From the NCBI GenBank assembly GCA_963783575.1, contig CAWAOD010000005.1:64001-128000 (forward strand): DNA of 64,000 nucleotides, in the 5' to 3' direction. Below, piece by piece: positions 19,786 to 30,847 of this stretch; positions within the stretch are counted from its first letter, which is position 1; every line of letters starts with the position of its first letter. The notes below the pieces were generated by a model that ran no database searches, was not told where the DNA came from, and was given only the letters and a program-made list of their open reading frames with translations. The stretch comes from an uncultured Spirochaetota bacterium. GTDB taxonomy: Bacteria; Spirochaetota; Brevinematia; Brevinematales; JAOACQ01. A program made the translations under genes and the position numbers.

Positions 19786-20518
19786 AATACTTGTGTAGCA
19801 GTATGTCCAGTAAAAGCTATTGAAAACAAAATAGATACAGGTATCCCAATGATGTCAGAAGAAAGAAAGGATTATTGCTTAAAGTGCGGGCATTGTGAGT
19901 CATTTTGTAAGCAAAAGGCTCTTACATTTGATTTTTGGTCTGATTGAACCACAAAATCTTGCTTTATACATAAAAAAACACCGTTCTGTGCGGCATTTTT
20001 CTTCAAAACCTGTTAATAAAGAATTAATTACTCAGGTTATTGATGTAGCCAGGTATGCTCCTTCAGTAAACAACAGTCAACCAGTTAAATGGCTCATTAT
20101 TTATGATTCATCCGAGGTAAAACGTATTGCTGGTCTAACAGTCGAATGGATGCGAATTCAAAATACGTCTCATCCACTTGCTGGCTATGTATCACCAATA
20201 ATATTTATGTGGGATAATGGCGTAGATTTAATTAGTCATAATGCCCCTCATTTACTTTTTGCTCACATTCCATTTGAATCAGACTCAACTGACGCAATAA
20301 TTGCCATGACTCATTTTGACATTGCAGCGCCTTCATTTGGCTTAGGTACATGCTGGGTTGGATATGTTAAAATGGCAGCAGAAGTTTATAAACCAGTGCA
20401 AGATGCTTTGCCACTGCCTGCAGGACGCAAAGCTGCTTGTCCGATGTTATTCGGATATCCTTCATACGAAGTTGTATCTATTCCAAGACGTAATCGGGTT
20501 GATATTAAATGTATATAA
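19786..20518 (+). pseudogene. 4Fe-4S/nitroreductase fusion, 5'-truncated and frameshifted
   Basis: An upstream frame encodes NTCVAVCP...CLKCGHCESFC and then stops; the downstream frame has HRSVRHF, APS..NSQP and GLGTCW. Confidence 0.7.
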
Positions 20519-20803
20519 GTTTAAGCTTTTGTATCTTATATTCCTAGAAAAATCACTCTAAGAAATTTAGTTAATAATTGACTATTTTATCCCTCTAAGT
20601 TAATAATTTTTTAATTATAACATAGGTTAAATATGGGTTAATCTCATAATTCGGTGTTTATGAATTTTAAGAATTTTATTATCATTAAATGAAAAAATCA
20701 TATACTTTATAGTATTATCAAAAATTGATGTTATATGGAAGTATGCAAGAATATTTCTTGTTTGCCGTACTATTTTTCCAAAATCTTGAGCTGACACAAT
20801 GTT

Positions 20804-21194
20804 CTACTTCTTAATTATTTCCACTCTGAGGGAATGACCGATCACAGCATAAATATTGCCCATATTTTTTGCCACACATGTAATAGCCCTGCCGAACTTA
20901 AACATATTGGACATATCTTTCTGTTCTTTTCTCCTGGAGTCCCCATGAACTGGTCCATCAAAAACCAGGACATGAAATTGGTTATTTACAAGGTGTCGGG
21001 CAAGCAGTGCCATGTGACTGGCACGGGAACTCCAGTAAAATATTCTTCCCAATGCCCATAGAATAACCTTTCAATATACGATTTTCAAACTTGATATCCA
21101 GGGTTTTTGCATCAGCAAAAATCTTTTTGTCAAAATCGGTCTCCCCCTGTCGATGAGGAGTGCAGAATTGTTCAACAAGAATATCATGATTCAT
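20804..21194 (-). pseudogene. Alpha/beta hydrolase fragments
   Basis: Two overlapping short ORFs; FDGPVHGDS and AVIGHSL, then truncation. Confidence 0.65.
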
Positions 21195-22571
21195 TTTTCA
21201 CTGCTCCTTGGAATCCCCAAGGATCTGTTTTCTTTGTTAACAAAGAAATCAATGCAATTTTCTCTGCTAAACAATTGAATAATACTATTTTTGTGATTGT
21301 TTATATAATTATCAATGTCATACCAAGCATCCTTATTAAAGGCCGATGACAAATAAAACGCCGGCTTTATAAGGTCGCCGGATATTATATTTTCTGATCT
21401 GGCTATTGTTTCCAGTTCCGTATCCGGGTAGATACGTAAACCTATCATCATGAACACATTAGTAGGATCTGTTTCTTCGGCAATATCAAGGGTTGTCCTA
21501 ACTGTATCACGATCCTCTTTGGGGCCTCCTAAAAGCAAATAATACATAAACTGTTGCTTTCTTTTCCCGGCATAATTTAGCCGCATTTATGATATCCAAT
21601 ACTGAAAATGATTTTCTTAATGAAGTAATCATTTTATCACATGCAGTATCGATCCCAAATTCAACTTTGGTACAACCCGCGTTTATCATTTTGTCCAAAA
21701 GTGATTCAGTCATATAAGCCGGATTACATGTCGCGGACCATTTCACTTTTAAACCGGAACTGATTATTTTATCGCAAATTGATTCGGCAAAGTCAGGAGG
21801 ATAATTAAAAATGCTGTCTGCCATTTCAAACTCTATATCATTATATTTCTCAATTGTCATCTTCATTTCATTAACGATTGATTCCGGTTTTCGGTATCGA
21901 ATACTTCTCCCTTCAATCTGAGGGTAATTACAATAAATACAGTTAAAAGGGCAACCTCTTTTTGTTTGAACCCCTACTTTTAATCTGATTAATCCCATCG
22001 GTGTATTTTTAGAAAATGTAAAGTATCTATTGTCATATAAATCATAATCAGGTAAAGGAATTTCAGTCAAATCGGAAATCGGCCTCCATTTTTCGGAAGT
22101 GATAACCCCATTATGATATCCTACAACCCCTGGAATGTTATCTGTCCTGCTTTTTTCTTCAAGTGCTTTAATAAGTTTTGGCAAAGTTACTTCTCCTTCT
22201 CCCACTATTGCATAATCCGGTTCCAAATAACAAAAAGCCTTTTCTTTAAAACTTCCAACAGCAGCGCCGCCTATGACAACTATACAACCCGCTTTTTTAC
22301 AGATATCAATATATGGTTTTACACCATCAAGATAAAACTGCTGATTCACCATTATTACATTATCACTATTTCTTACACTGATAGCGACTATATCTGGTTT
22401 AGTTTCGTTTATTTTATTCTTTAAATCCTCGGCAGGAGAGTCACTGAAACAAAGGTCAAGAAACTTGACCGGCAAATTGTGCTTCCTTAAGGATGAAACA
22501 ATAATATTTGGACCCAAAGGTAAAACTATTGGTGCTTTCACTTGATTCGTAGATACAACTAATGTCATCAT
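21191..22571 (-). pseudogene. B12-binding radical SAM protein, frameshifted near 21560
   Basis: RGCPFNCIYC motif; the C-terminal part (YLLLGGPKE..GLRIYPDT) is in another frame. Confidence 0.8.
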
Positions 22572-22814
22572 ATAAAACTCCCTGTATAGAATATTTTTAA
22601 ATTCACTGTCTCTTATTTTAATTAGTTTATTTTGTTAAGAAATAAAAATATCATCAAATTCCATAAAACCTGTCAAACAATAAGGGGCATTTGCAATTCC
22701 AGTAATTTTCCAACATCAAAAATCAGCCTGGTATATTATTGCTAATATAGCCATTTCTTTTTGAAATTTATATCATGTTGATCTATACTATTGTGAAGCA
22801 AAAATGAGGATATC

Positions 22815-23165
22815 ATGAGCATAGGTATCATCAAAATTTTAAAGGCCCTTGCCGATGAAACAAGAATGAGGCTCCTCAATTTATTATATGATAAAAAACT
22901 TTGTGTCTGCGAACTTGAGGAAAGCCTTGGTCTGAACCAGACAAATGTCTCGCGTCATCTGAATAAATTAAAAGACGCTGGTATACTGCAGTCGGAAAAA
23001 AGGGCTCAATTTGTCCTGCATTTCATTGATCAAGATATCCTGAAGAATTATCCCTTTCTCGGGCAGTTATTGGATCAGGTACGGCAGATGGAAAAGTTCC
23101 AGTCCGACCGGAAAAAGCTCGATATCATTGCCGCCAAGAAAGGGCTTCATTGCGAATGTAAATAG
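22815..23165 (+). CDS. ArsR/SmtB-family transcriptional regulator
   Basis: KALADETR, LCVCEL and NVSRHL. Confidence 0.92.
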   Translation: MSIGIIKILKALADETRMRLLNLLYDKKLCVCELEESLGLNQTNVSRHLNKLKDAGILQSEKRAQFVLHFIDQDILKNYPFLGQLLDQVRQMEKFQSDRKKLDIIAAKKGLHCECK

Positions 23166-23173
23166 TTTTACCC

Positions 23174-23691
23174 TCATTCTTTTTTTTCATTTTCTTTCTC
23201 TTTTCCTTCTTCGGCCTTAATATTTATTTTACCCTTTTGTGCCAGTCTGGAGATAAAATAGATAGCGCTTTTCCTGGAAATTTTCAGATGCTTCGCTATA
23301 TCGTCAGGGTCAATGGAATTTTTTCCCTTCACATATTGCATTATTTCTTCATCTACTTCTTGAACCCATTCCTCAAAAAGTTCTCTTATCTCAGGTGTAG
23401 CAAACTCTGCAATATCCGAACTTTTTCTGATTGATCCCATCATGTTTGGCACATGTCCATCGGATTGAAGCTTTCCCCGGCGGATTTATTCCTTCCCATC
23501 ATCATCTCCATCATCCCCATCATTCCACCGCCTCCTGTCATTTTAGACATCATATCTTCCATGATCTTCTGCTTTTCCTCATTGGACATCCCGGAAAAGA
23601 AGTTTTCCATCATTTTATCCATCATCTCCTTCTTTTCATCGGAAGACATTCCATTCATCATTCCATCCATCATTTTTTCTTTTAATCCCAT
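23174..23691 (-). pseudogene. Met-rich N-terminal region plus C-terminal HTH-like protein, apparently one gene with a frameshift at about 23445
   Basis: ORFs 23440..23691 and 23174..23452 overlap; adding one A joins MDMCQ to NMMGSIRK. Confidence 0.5.
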
Positions 23692-23715
23692 AAATATCTC
23701 CTTAATAGATTTATT

Positions 23716-24054
23716 TTAACACCAATTGTCCTTCCACCAGCGTGGACGTTTAAACATAGTCTCTTCTGCCTTCAGATCGGCATTGCCGAATATCTCAAGT
23801 ACTAATCCCAGGGCATCTAGAAGCCGTATATCCTTAAGTTTATAATAAATAAAAGGGCCCTGCCGTCTTGTTTCAAGTATACCGTTTTCCCTCATGGTAC
23901 GAAGATGATGAGAAACCAGAGGTTGAGATAATCCTGTTTCTTCAATTATCTGCGTTACAGAACACTCCTCAACTCCTATAAACTTGATTATCTTGAGCCG
24001 GTTGGCATCGCCCAGTGTCTGAAATAAAATTTGAAGTTTTTGAGCATCTTCCAT
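23716..24054 (-). CDS. ArsR/SmtB-family transcriptional regulator
   Basis: FQTLGDANRL and SQPLVSHHL. Confidence 0.9.
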   Translation of the reverse strand: MEDAQKLQILFQTLGDANRLKIIKFIGVEECSVTQIIEETGLSQPLVSHHLRTMRENGILETRRQGPFIYYKLKDIRLLDALGLVLEIFGNADLKAEETMFKRPRWWKDNWC

Positions 24055-24102
24055 ATAAACCTTCTTTTATATAAATACACATATATATAAATGATAATTT
24101 AT

Positions 24103-24195
24103 ATAGTATCATTTAAATTCTGTTTTGTCAAGTACTTTGAAAAAAATTTAAATAATTATAATAAGATTGACAGGAATTAAAATATATATTACAAT
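24103..24195. promoter_or_regulatory. Divergent sigma70-type promoters
   Basis: + strand TTGACA(24167)-17-TACAAT(24190); - strand TTGACA(24131)-17-TACTAT(24108). Confidence 0.65.
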
Positions 24196-24225
24196 ATGAG
24201 AATATGTGAATATAGTAGAAAATTC

Positions 24226-25005
24226 ATGATAAACAAAACTATCGGGTTTATCGGCGGCGGCAGAATCACAAGGATCTTTTTAACCGCATTTCAAAAGAAG
24301 GGATTGAGTTTTAAAGATGTCTGCATAAGCGATTCAAGCTTAGAAGTGCTGGAAAGGCTGAAGAGGGAATTTCCCCAACTGAATAATTACTTAAATGATA
24401 ATTCCATACCGGCATCAAAAGATCTGGTATTTATTGCCCTGCATCCTCCCGTCATTCCGCAGGCTCTTCCGGAAATCACTAAAGCGATAAAACCGGATTC
24501 TATTATTATTTCATTGGCACCGAAACACACCATAAAGGTTTTAACAGGTATTCTAAATAGATTTAATAGAATTGTATGGGTTATTCCTAACGGACTAAGT
24601 TTTATTAATTCCGGATTTAATCCAATAGCTTATTCAAAGACTTTAAATAATAATGATAAAACTATTATCAACAATATATTATCTACCTTGGGTAATAGCC
24701 CTGAGGTCCCGGAAGAAAAACTGGAGTCATATGCGGTTCTTACAGCAATGGGCCCGACTTACTTCTGGTTCCAGTGGGAGGAATTGCGTAAAATAATGAA
24801 TTCTTCCGGAATAACAAATAGTGAATTTAATAGAGCCATTGAAGAAATGATAAACGGTGCAATGAAAACATATCTTTATTCCGGATTATCCTATGAAGAT
24901 TTAGTTGACTTGATTCCAGGAAAACCAATTAAAGAAGATGAGGAAACAATTAAAAGTATCTATCAAGCAAGGCTTAATGACATCTATCAAAAATTGAAAG
25001 CATAG
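24226..25005 (+). CDS. Pyrroline-5-carboxylate-reductase-like NAD(P)-binding oxidoreductase
   Basis: IGFIGGGRI Rossmann motif; AMGPTYF. Confidence 0.75.
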   Translation: MINKTIGFIGGGRITRIFLTAFQKKGLSFKDVCISDSSLEVLERLKREFPQLNNYLNDNSIPASKDLVFIALHPPVIPQALPEITKAIKPDSIIISLAPKHTIKVLTGILNRFNRIVWVIPNGLSFINSGFNPIAYSKTLNNNDKTIINNILSTLGNSPEVPEEKLESYAVLTAMGPTYFWFQWEELRKIMNSSGITNSEFNRAIEEMINGAMKTYLYSGLSYEDLVDLIPGKPIKEDEETIKSIYQARLNDIYQKLKA

Positions 25006-25112
25006 AAAGAAGCCGTATACCCGGTTATGCCCTCAATCCGCTGTAATTAACAAAATGGAAGACAGCGAGCCATTGGGGAGTGATTTGGAGAAAATAATTT
25101 AGTGAGTTATTT

Positions 25113-25346
25113 ATGAAAGTTCAGATTTTAGGTTCCGGCTGTGCCAACTGTAAACGGCTGGAAGCAAGCACTATAGAGGCCATTGAGGAATTGGGCATCA
25201 AAGCGGATATAGAGAAAGTAACTGAAATGGAAAAAATCATTGAATTCGGTGTGATGTCAACACCGGCACTTGCCATTGACGGTAAAGTGAAAAGCTCAGG
25301 AAGGGTTCTGAATAAAGATCAAATAATACAGATATTAAAGGGATAA
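25113..25346 (+). CDS. Small redox-active disulfide (thioredoxin-family) protein
   Basis: ILGSGCANC and GVMSTPALAIDG. Confidence 0.9.
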   Translation: MKVQILGSGCANCKRLEASTIEAIEELGIKADIEKVTEMEKIIEFGVMSTPALAIDGKVKSSGRVLNKDQIIQILKG

Positions 25347-25516
25347 ACTATGTGGAAATCGTTTGTTGACTGGCTAGTCTATCAGGTATTCGGCTTTTCA
25401 TCACTATCACAAATCGGGACCGCTCTAAATTTTTTTATTTATGACACCTTTAAGATATTTTTTCTGCTGGTCATAATTATTTTTGTGATTGCCATCATCC
25501 GCAGTTTCTTTCCGCC

Positions 25517-27242
25517 TTGTCTGTCGAAAAACTATAAAAAGAGAAAAAGCGATTTTCTATAACATTCGGATATCACATTTGATTTCTAGGATATCCGAAA
25601 ATTAATCTCATATACAATTTATTATAGCTTAAATTACATAATTACACTCCTGTACCATTTTATATCATTCTCATATACTCAATCCTTTGCATATTACAGC
25701 CTGAAAATATTTTCCCAAATTATGTGAAGTGGAATTCCAGAGCCAATCCATTTCTACTTTTTCTTTTCCACGATAATAGGTTTGAGAAAAATCTTTCTGC
25801 GTTTTAAGGTTGGCAAAATTGTGTTCCTTTCCAATTCTCTTGCTGTATATCTTTTGCCCTTCATCACTTCTCAATTTATTAAGATAACTGTCGATTTCCT
25901 TTCTGTTCTCTAACTCAAACAGATTGAAATTTACAGTCTTTTGGTTTCTGCTGGGATTTATGTTCGTATAACATTCCTTATTATTTTCACATTCCTTACA
26001 TTGTGATCGATTATAGAAAAAGTGGATTTTGCCTCTTTTATCATCAATGTATCCTTTGGTATTTAATCCACCACAGCACTTTAACCGATACTCTCTGTTA
26101 TCACCTTTTATGATTTCAAAATTCTTTCTCTTTTGTACCTCTTTCCCAAAATCTCTCTCTTTTATATCAATATAGCAATCCAATCCTTTTTCTTCCATTT
26201 CCAGAATGTCTGTCATATTTTGAAATCCCGAATCCAGCAGGTACTTACTTTCCTGCTTTACCCCCAATTCCTCTTTAAGCTTTTCCACTTCCTCAATCAT
26301 GGGTTTCGCACTGTATTTCTCATTCAATTTATCGTTTTCACAGCTTAGTATTATGTCATTGTTACTGATCATCATTCTTATATTATATCCCTGAATATAT
26401 CCGCTCTTGTCAGGCCCCAATGTAAGAGAGCTGTCGGGATCGGTTAAATTATAATGATCTTTGCCTGTAATGGTTTTGTCTCCTTCTTTTAATCTTTCTT
26501 CTTCAAGCATCTTTTGATAAACTTCCACCTGTTCCATCACTCTGTTGTAAAGCTTTTCCTGACGTTCTATACGCTTTTTTTCAGCCATATACTTTTCTTC
26601 TTCCAATTCACCACGATTTAGTTTCTCATCTGTCTCCAAACTCCTTTTAACTACTTTGGTTGCCATTTTGCGGTAAGTTCTCATCACTTTGTCGGCTCTT
26701 TCCCTGGTCATCGTCTTTGACTTTGATGCATTGGCTTTGATTTTCGTTCCGTCCCCCACAACTACATCCCAATCAATCTCTCCTATGTTATTTAATAAAA
26801 AAAGAATTGTCGCAAACAGATTTGTAATTTCGTCATCAAACTGGATTTTAAAATCGCAAAGCTTTGAATGATCTATGCTAAGACGGTTTGATACATACAT
26901 AAATCCTATGTGGGTTCTGAGAAGATTTTCTACCTTGCGGCTGGAATGGATTCCTTGCAAATAACCATAGAGAATCGCAGATATAACATCTTGAGGATGT
27001 TTCCCTTTCCGCCCTGTTTCATCATTGGAATAATATTTATCAAACCTTTGTATATCAATGTATTTCGCCACAAACTTTTTTAGAAGGACTTCACGGCTGT
27101 ATTCATCGAATTGTTCCTGCAAATTGATGGCTAACAATTCTCCCTGGTCTAGATTTCCTCTCTTATATCTCGCCATTGTCTTTCCCCTCTTTAATTTTGC
27201 AACTAACTATTATATCATATTTTCGGATTTTTCGACAGACAA
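25517..27242 (-). mobile_element. IS1182-family element, copy 2
   Basis: Same 15-bp IR as copy 1; 4-bp duplication CGCC (25513-25516 and 27243-27246). Confidence 0.92.
25671..27176 (-). CDS. IS1182-family DDE transposase
   Basis: Collinear with, but clearly diverged from, 7089..8597. Confidence 0.9.
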   Translation of the reverse strand: MARYKRGNLDQGELLAINLQEQFDEYSREVLLKKFVAKYIDIQRFDKYYSNDETGRKGKHPQDVISAILYGYLQGIHSSRKVENLLRTHIGFMYVSNRLSIDHSKLCDFKIQFDDEITNLFATILFLLNNIGEIDWDVVVGDGTKIKANASKSKTMTRERADKVMRTYRKMATKVVKRSLETDEKLNRGELEEEKYMAEKKRIERQEKLYNRVMEQVEVYQKMLEEERLKEGDKTITGKDHYNLTDPDSSLTLGPDKSGYIQGYNIRMMISNNDIILSCENDKLNEKYSAKPMIEEVEKLKEELGVKQESKYLLDSGFQNMTDILEMEEKGLDCYIDIKERDFGKEVQKRKNFEIIKGDNREYRLKCCGGLNTKGYIDDKRGKIHFFYNRSQCKECENNKECYTNINPSRNQKTVNFNLFELENRKEIDSYLNKLRSDEGQKIYSKRIGKEHNFANLKTQKDFSQTYYRGKEKVEMDWLWNSTSHNLGKYFQAVICKGLSI

Positions 27243-28041
27243 CGCCTGAAAGAACAAAGATATTCATCGGCTTTATAGAGGCCGGTATACCACTGGGAGT
27301 AACCTTTTCTTTTCTCGTTTCTTCACCGATGGTCAATGAGGTTGCTCTGATTATGCTATGGGGGCTTTTTGGATGGAAGGTTGCGGTTATTTATATTGCT
27401 AGCGGTATTGTCATAGCGATTGCCGGCGGATTGGCTATAGGCAGAATGAAGCTGGAGAAGGAAGTTGAGGATTATATTTATAAGCTTCAGACCGGAAATA
27501 AAATTATTGAAAAGCTGAACTGGAAAGATAGAATTCAATACTCTTCCGGTTATGTTCTGGAAATCATCAGCAAGATCTGGCCTTATGTGGTGATCGGCAT
27601 CGCCATCGGCGCAGTCATGCATGGCTACGCTCCTGATGGTCTGCTGTCAAAGATCGCCGGACCATCCAACTGGTTTGCCGTTCCGGTTGCGGTTTTAATC
27701 GGTGTACCGCTATACTCCAACGTTGCTGGAGTCATACCAATTATAAAAGTCTTGATGGACAAAGGAATGGCCATTGGAACCGCTTTATCCCTGCCAGATG
27801 CGATCATTCTCAGGAAAGTTTTGAAACCGCGTCTGCTTGTCATCTATTTCAGTGTGGTCGCTTTTGGAATTATGCTGACCGGGTATTTTTTTAACTGGAT
27901 TTTAAAATAATGAATTTTAATTTATTGGGTTTAACTTTCCCCACTGGCTTGCAATGGGGGATATTTATTTTACTAGATCTTCATCGTTTCTTAATAATTT
28001 TACAGTGTGATAATATAATTGTAAATTTGGAGGAAATTTCT

Positions 28042-28140
28042 ATAGAGCCAATTAAAGTTCTTTTCGTTTGCACTTACAATTCTGCCAGAAGCCAGATGGC
28101 TGAGGCGTTTCTCAATCAAATGGGAGGAGGCCACTTTTTA
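28042..28140 (+). pseudogene. ArsC/LMW-PTP N-terminal remnant
   Basis: GGAGG RBS, then [20 protein letters not shown]; truncated by an IS21 fragment. Confidence 0.7.
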
Positions 28141-28679
28141 CCTGCTTTGTATTCCTTCCAATTTATTGTAATGATAACAGAATTGCGTGAATCCATATCC
28201 GTTAAAATACTTCTGATGATACTCTTCCCAGAGTAATTTCAATATAATCCTTGTTTTCATTAATTCCTTGCCATATTCCGGGAATAGGTTGTATAGGGTT
28301 TCTTGATGATCACTTTTCACAGCGTTGTTTTGTTCGAATGCTTTAATCAGTTCAGAATCGCTCATTTCACTTATCTCGGCCAATGTCAGCCCGCTTTGTT
28401 CATATTTACAGACGTACTCATGGATTGTGGGCCTTGAAAAATTGAGTGCTTTTGATATCTTTCGATGACTGATTCGGAATTCCTCATACATTCGGATAAC
28501 TTCGCAGATTTTCTTCATAGATTTCCTCTTATTTGGCATATTAACTCCTTCCCCATTGTTATAGAAAGAGCCAGTCAAAATAATGGAGTAATTGTTGAGG
28601 TTTTGATAATATTTGTAAGGCAGGTGGTAATCTTTAACCGAAATACCCAGCAGGTTCGTCCGAATTTTCCAGTATGACA
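28138..28679 (-). mobile_element. Truncated IS21-family element (left end plus istA 5' fragment)
   Basis: MPNKRKSMKKICEVIR..SRPTI..Y..GL...LLWEEY....[14 protein letters not shown] end at 28679. Confidence 0.8.
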
Positions 28680-28896
28680 TGAAGTCATAAATTAATATAA
28701 TTTAAGACTTTGCATAATTATCAAATAATTTTATGACTTATTTAGATTATTTTTCTAATATAAATTAGCAATAAAATCATTTATTTTCTTTATAAAATAA
28801 TAAATATATGATAAATTAATGAAGTAAAAGAATTTGCAAAGTATTTTTTAGTTTATGACATTTTGATAAATATTAATTTTCTGTGGTACAGAATAT

Positions 28897-30159
28897 ATGG
28901 CGGAGGATTTCATGCGTCATGTAATAAAAATATTTTCCCTGTTATCAATAATTTTCTTTTCCAGTGTATTATATTCTGCTGGTGATACAAATAAATTGAC
29001 TTTAGCCGTGATGGATTTTAGAAATCTTAGTAAAAACAAGGGTTATGATTTTCTGGAAAAGACTATTTCCGAGTCTCTTATCACAAGTTTTGAAAGAAGT
29101 AAACACTTTAATATTGTTGAAAGGCAGCAGATATCAGCACTTATCGATGAAAAAAAGCTTATCCTTTCCGGTCTGGCTGAAGATGATGCGCAGGGAAAGC
29201 AAATCGGGGTTCTTTTAAAAGCCGACAATCTGGTTCTTGGAAGTTTTTCTACAATAGAAGGAAAAATTGAGATAAATGCCCGTCTTGTTAATATAGATAC
29301 AGGCGAAGTGTTGATGACCGAAAAGGTTGTTGAGGAAATGGGCGACAAACTATTTGCCAGAATTGATGAACTTGCCGAATCCATGATAATAAGACTATCC
29401 GATTCCAAATTCGGTTTTCTGAATCTTGATACAACCCCTCAGGGAGCCCAGGTTAAATTAGAAAATTCGATTATTGGGACCACACCAGTGTCTTCAAAAA
29501 AAATGCGTACGGGAAGTTATTCCGTAACAATTGTCAAAGACGGTTTTGAAATAAAAACTGTCGGTTTTGAGATCCAGGACAATAAAACAAAAGACATTGA
29601 TATTTCTTTAACTAAAAAGATCGGAGAATTGTTTCGAAATCATATTTCAATTTATTCGCATTTTATACAGTTTTTAAGCCCGGATTACCAGTTTGACTGG
29701 GGGGCTGTTTTTGAAACTTATTTGTCGGATTTTTCCATCGGATTAGATATGGGGGGGCATAATTTATATCACAATTATGAGGATAAAACCGCTCCCGGTA
29801 TTCCTTACAAAGATAATATGACCCTTGTATTTTTACGGCTCGCTGGTGTTTTGAAATACAATTTTTTTAAAGATTCTCAATATATTTCACCATATATCGG
29901 AGCTGGCGCCGGAGTTGATTATTTAAATGCGAATGAATACGGCCTGACAAATACTTCTTTCTATTACAAAGGAATAGCAGGTATTACACTTTTTCCTGCC
30001 GGAAGATGGTCGATTTATGTTGAACTTATTTATAATGATCTCGGATATATTGAAATGCATGAAAAGAAATTCAACCTTTTCGGAAATTATACATTTACAA
30101 AATTTAATTATCCGCTTAACAATCTTATGCTTGGTGCCGGTATTAGACTGGGATTTTAA
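28897..30159 (+). CDS. CsgG/FlgO-like plus PEGA plus beta-barrel-like outer-envelope protein
   Basis: AVMDF.N, FNIVERQQI, TTPQGAQV...IGTTP; C-terminal GAGIRLGF. Confidence 0.7.
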   Translation: MAEDFMRHVIKIFSLLSIIFFSSVLYSAGDTNKLTLAVMDFRNLSKNKGYDFLEKTISESLITSFERSKHFNIVERQQISALIDEKKLILSGLAEDDAQGKQIGVLLKADNLVLGSFSTIEGKIEINARLVNIDTGEVLMTEKVVEEMGDKLFARIDELAESMIIRLSDSKFGFLNLDTTPQGAQVKLENSIIGTTPVSSKKMRTGSYSVTIVKDGFEIKTVGFEIQDNKTKDIDISLTKKIGELFRNHISIYSHFIQFLSPDYQFDWGAVFETYLSDFSIGLDMGGHNLYHNYEDKTAPGIPYKDNMTLVFLRLAGVLKYNFFKDSQYISPYIGAGAGVDYLNANEYGLTNTSFYYKGIAGITLFPAGRWSIYVELIYNDLGYIEMHEKKFNLFGNYTFTKFNYPLNNLMLGAGIRLGF

Positions 30160-30173
30160 TAAGGAAGTGAAAT

Positions 30174-30641
30174 ATGAAAAAAATAAGTTTAATATTTTGT
30201 TTTGTAATAACAATTTTCATGACAGTATTATCTGCATGCAATACGGCCAAAGATATAACGGAACCAAAAAATCCTATTTTTTCCGGAACGGCGTTAATAG
30301 ATGTTTATTCGCCGGTCGATAGTACCGATAAAGATTTTCCCGATTTTACCTGGACTTCTACAGGACTGCCGTATGAAGTTGCAGGATTGTTTTCAAAACC
30401 GATCCGGACTTCGGGCCTTCAGATTGATAATACATCAGACTGCTTCGCAATGTGGACAACCGGGCTATCCGGGTCCGCGGGCAAGGTGCCTTACAGTAAT
30501 TTCAGGAAGGTTGTGAACGGAGAATTGACGGAAACCCCTGTCGATGCCCTTACTAATGGAACATACTACTGGGCGGTCTGGGCATATACAGCTCAAATGA
30601 CTCTCACAAACTCAAGTTCATTAATAACCTTTACAAAGTGA
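30174..30641 (+). CDS. Lipoprotein, hypothetical
   Basis: Signal peptide with LSAC lipobox. Confidence 0.7.
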   Translation: MKKISLIFCFVITIFMTVLSACNTAKDITEPKNPIFSGTALIDVYSPVDSTDKDFPDFTWTSTGLPYEVAGLFSKPIRTSGLQIDNTSDCFAMWTTGLSGSAGKVPYSNFRKVVNGELTETPVDALTNGTYYWAVWAYTAQMTLTNSSSLITFTK

Positions 30642-30719
30642 AAGTTCTATTCTAATCTAACAATCCGGTTCGATAATTGGCAAAAAATCATACTTAAATT
30701 TAATAATTTAATTAAACTA

Positions 30720-30763
30720 TTGACAATGAAGCAGAACATATGTTATAATACATATGTTATAAT
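30720..30763 (+). promoter_or_regulatory. Consensus sigma70 promoter with duplicated -10/operator
   Basis: TTGACA-18-TATAAT; ACATATGTTATAAT repeated in tandem; palindrome AACATATGTT. Confidence 0.7.
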
Positions 30764-30847
30764 ACAATAGTTATATTATTTTTGTATTATATTAAAGTGA
30801 TTTTTTCAGGACTCCCTTTTTGAAAATTTACAAAGATAGGAGATTAT

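Larger units (their letters stand above)
25350..27910 (+). pseudogene. ArsP-like permease interrupted by IS1182 and carrying internal deletions
   Basis: 5' part 25350-25516 (FFIYDTFKIF...RSFFP); 3' part 27243-27910 (GIPLGVTFSFL..SPMVNEV, GVPLYSN). Confidence 0.85.

Noticed and set aside
27176..27242. N-terminus of ORF 27176..27910 as a true gene start
   Set aside because: It derives from the IS1182 end; the permease really starts at 25350.
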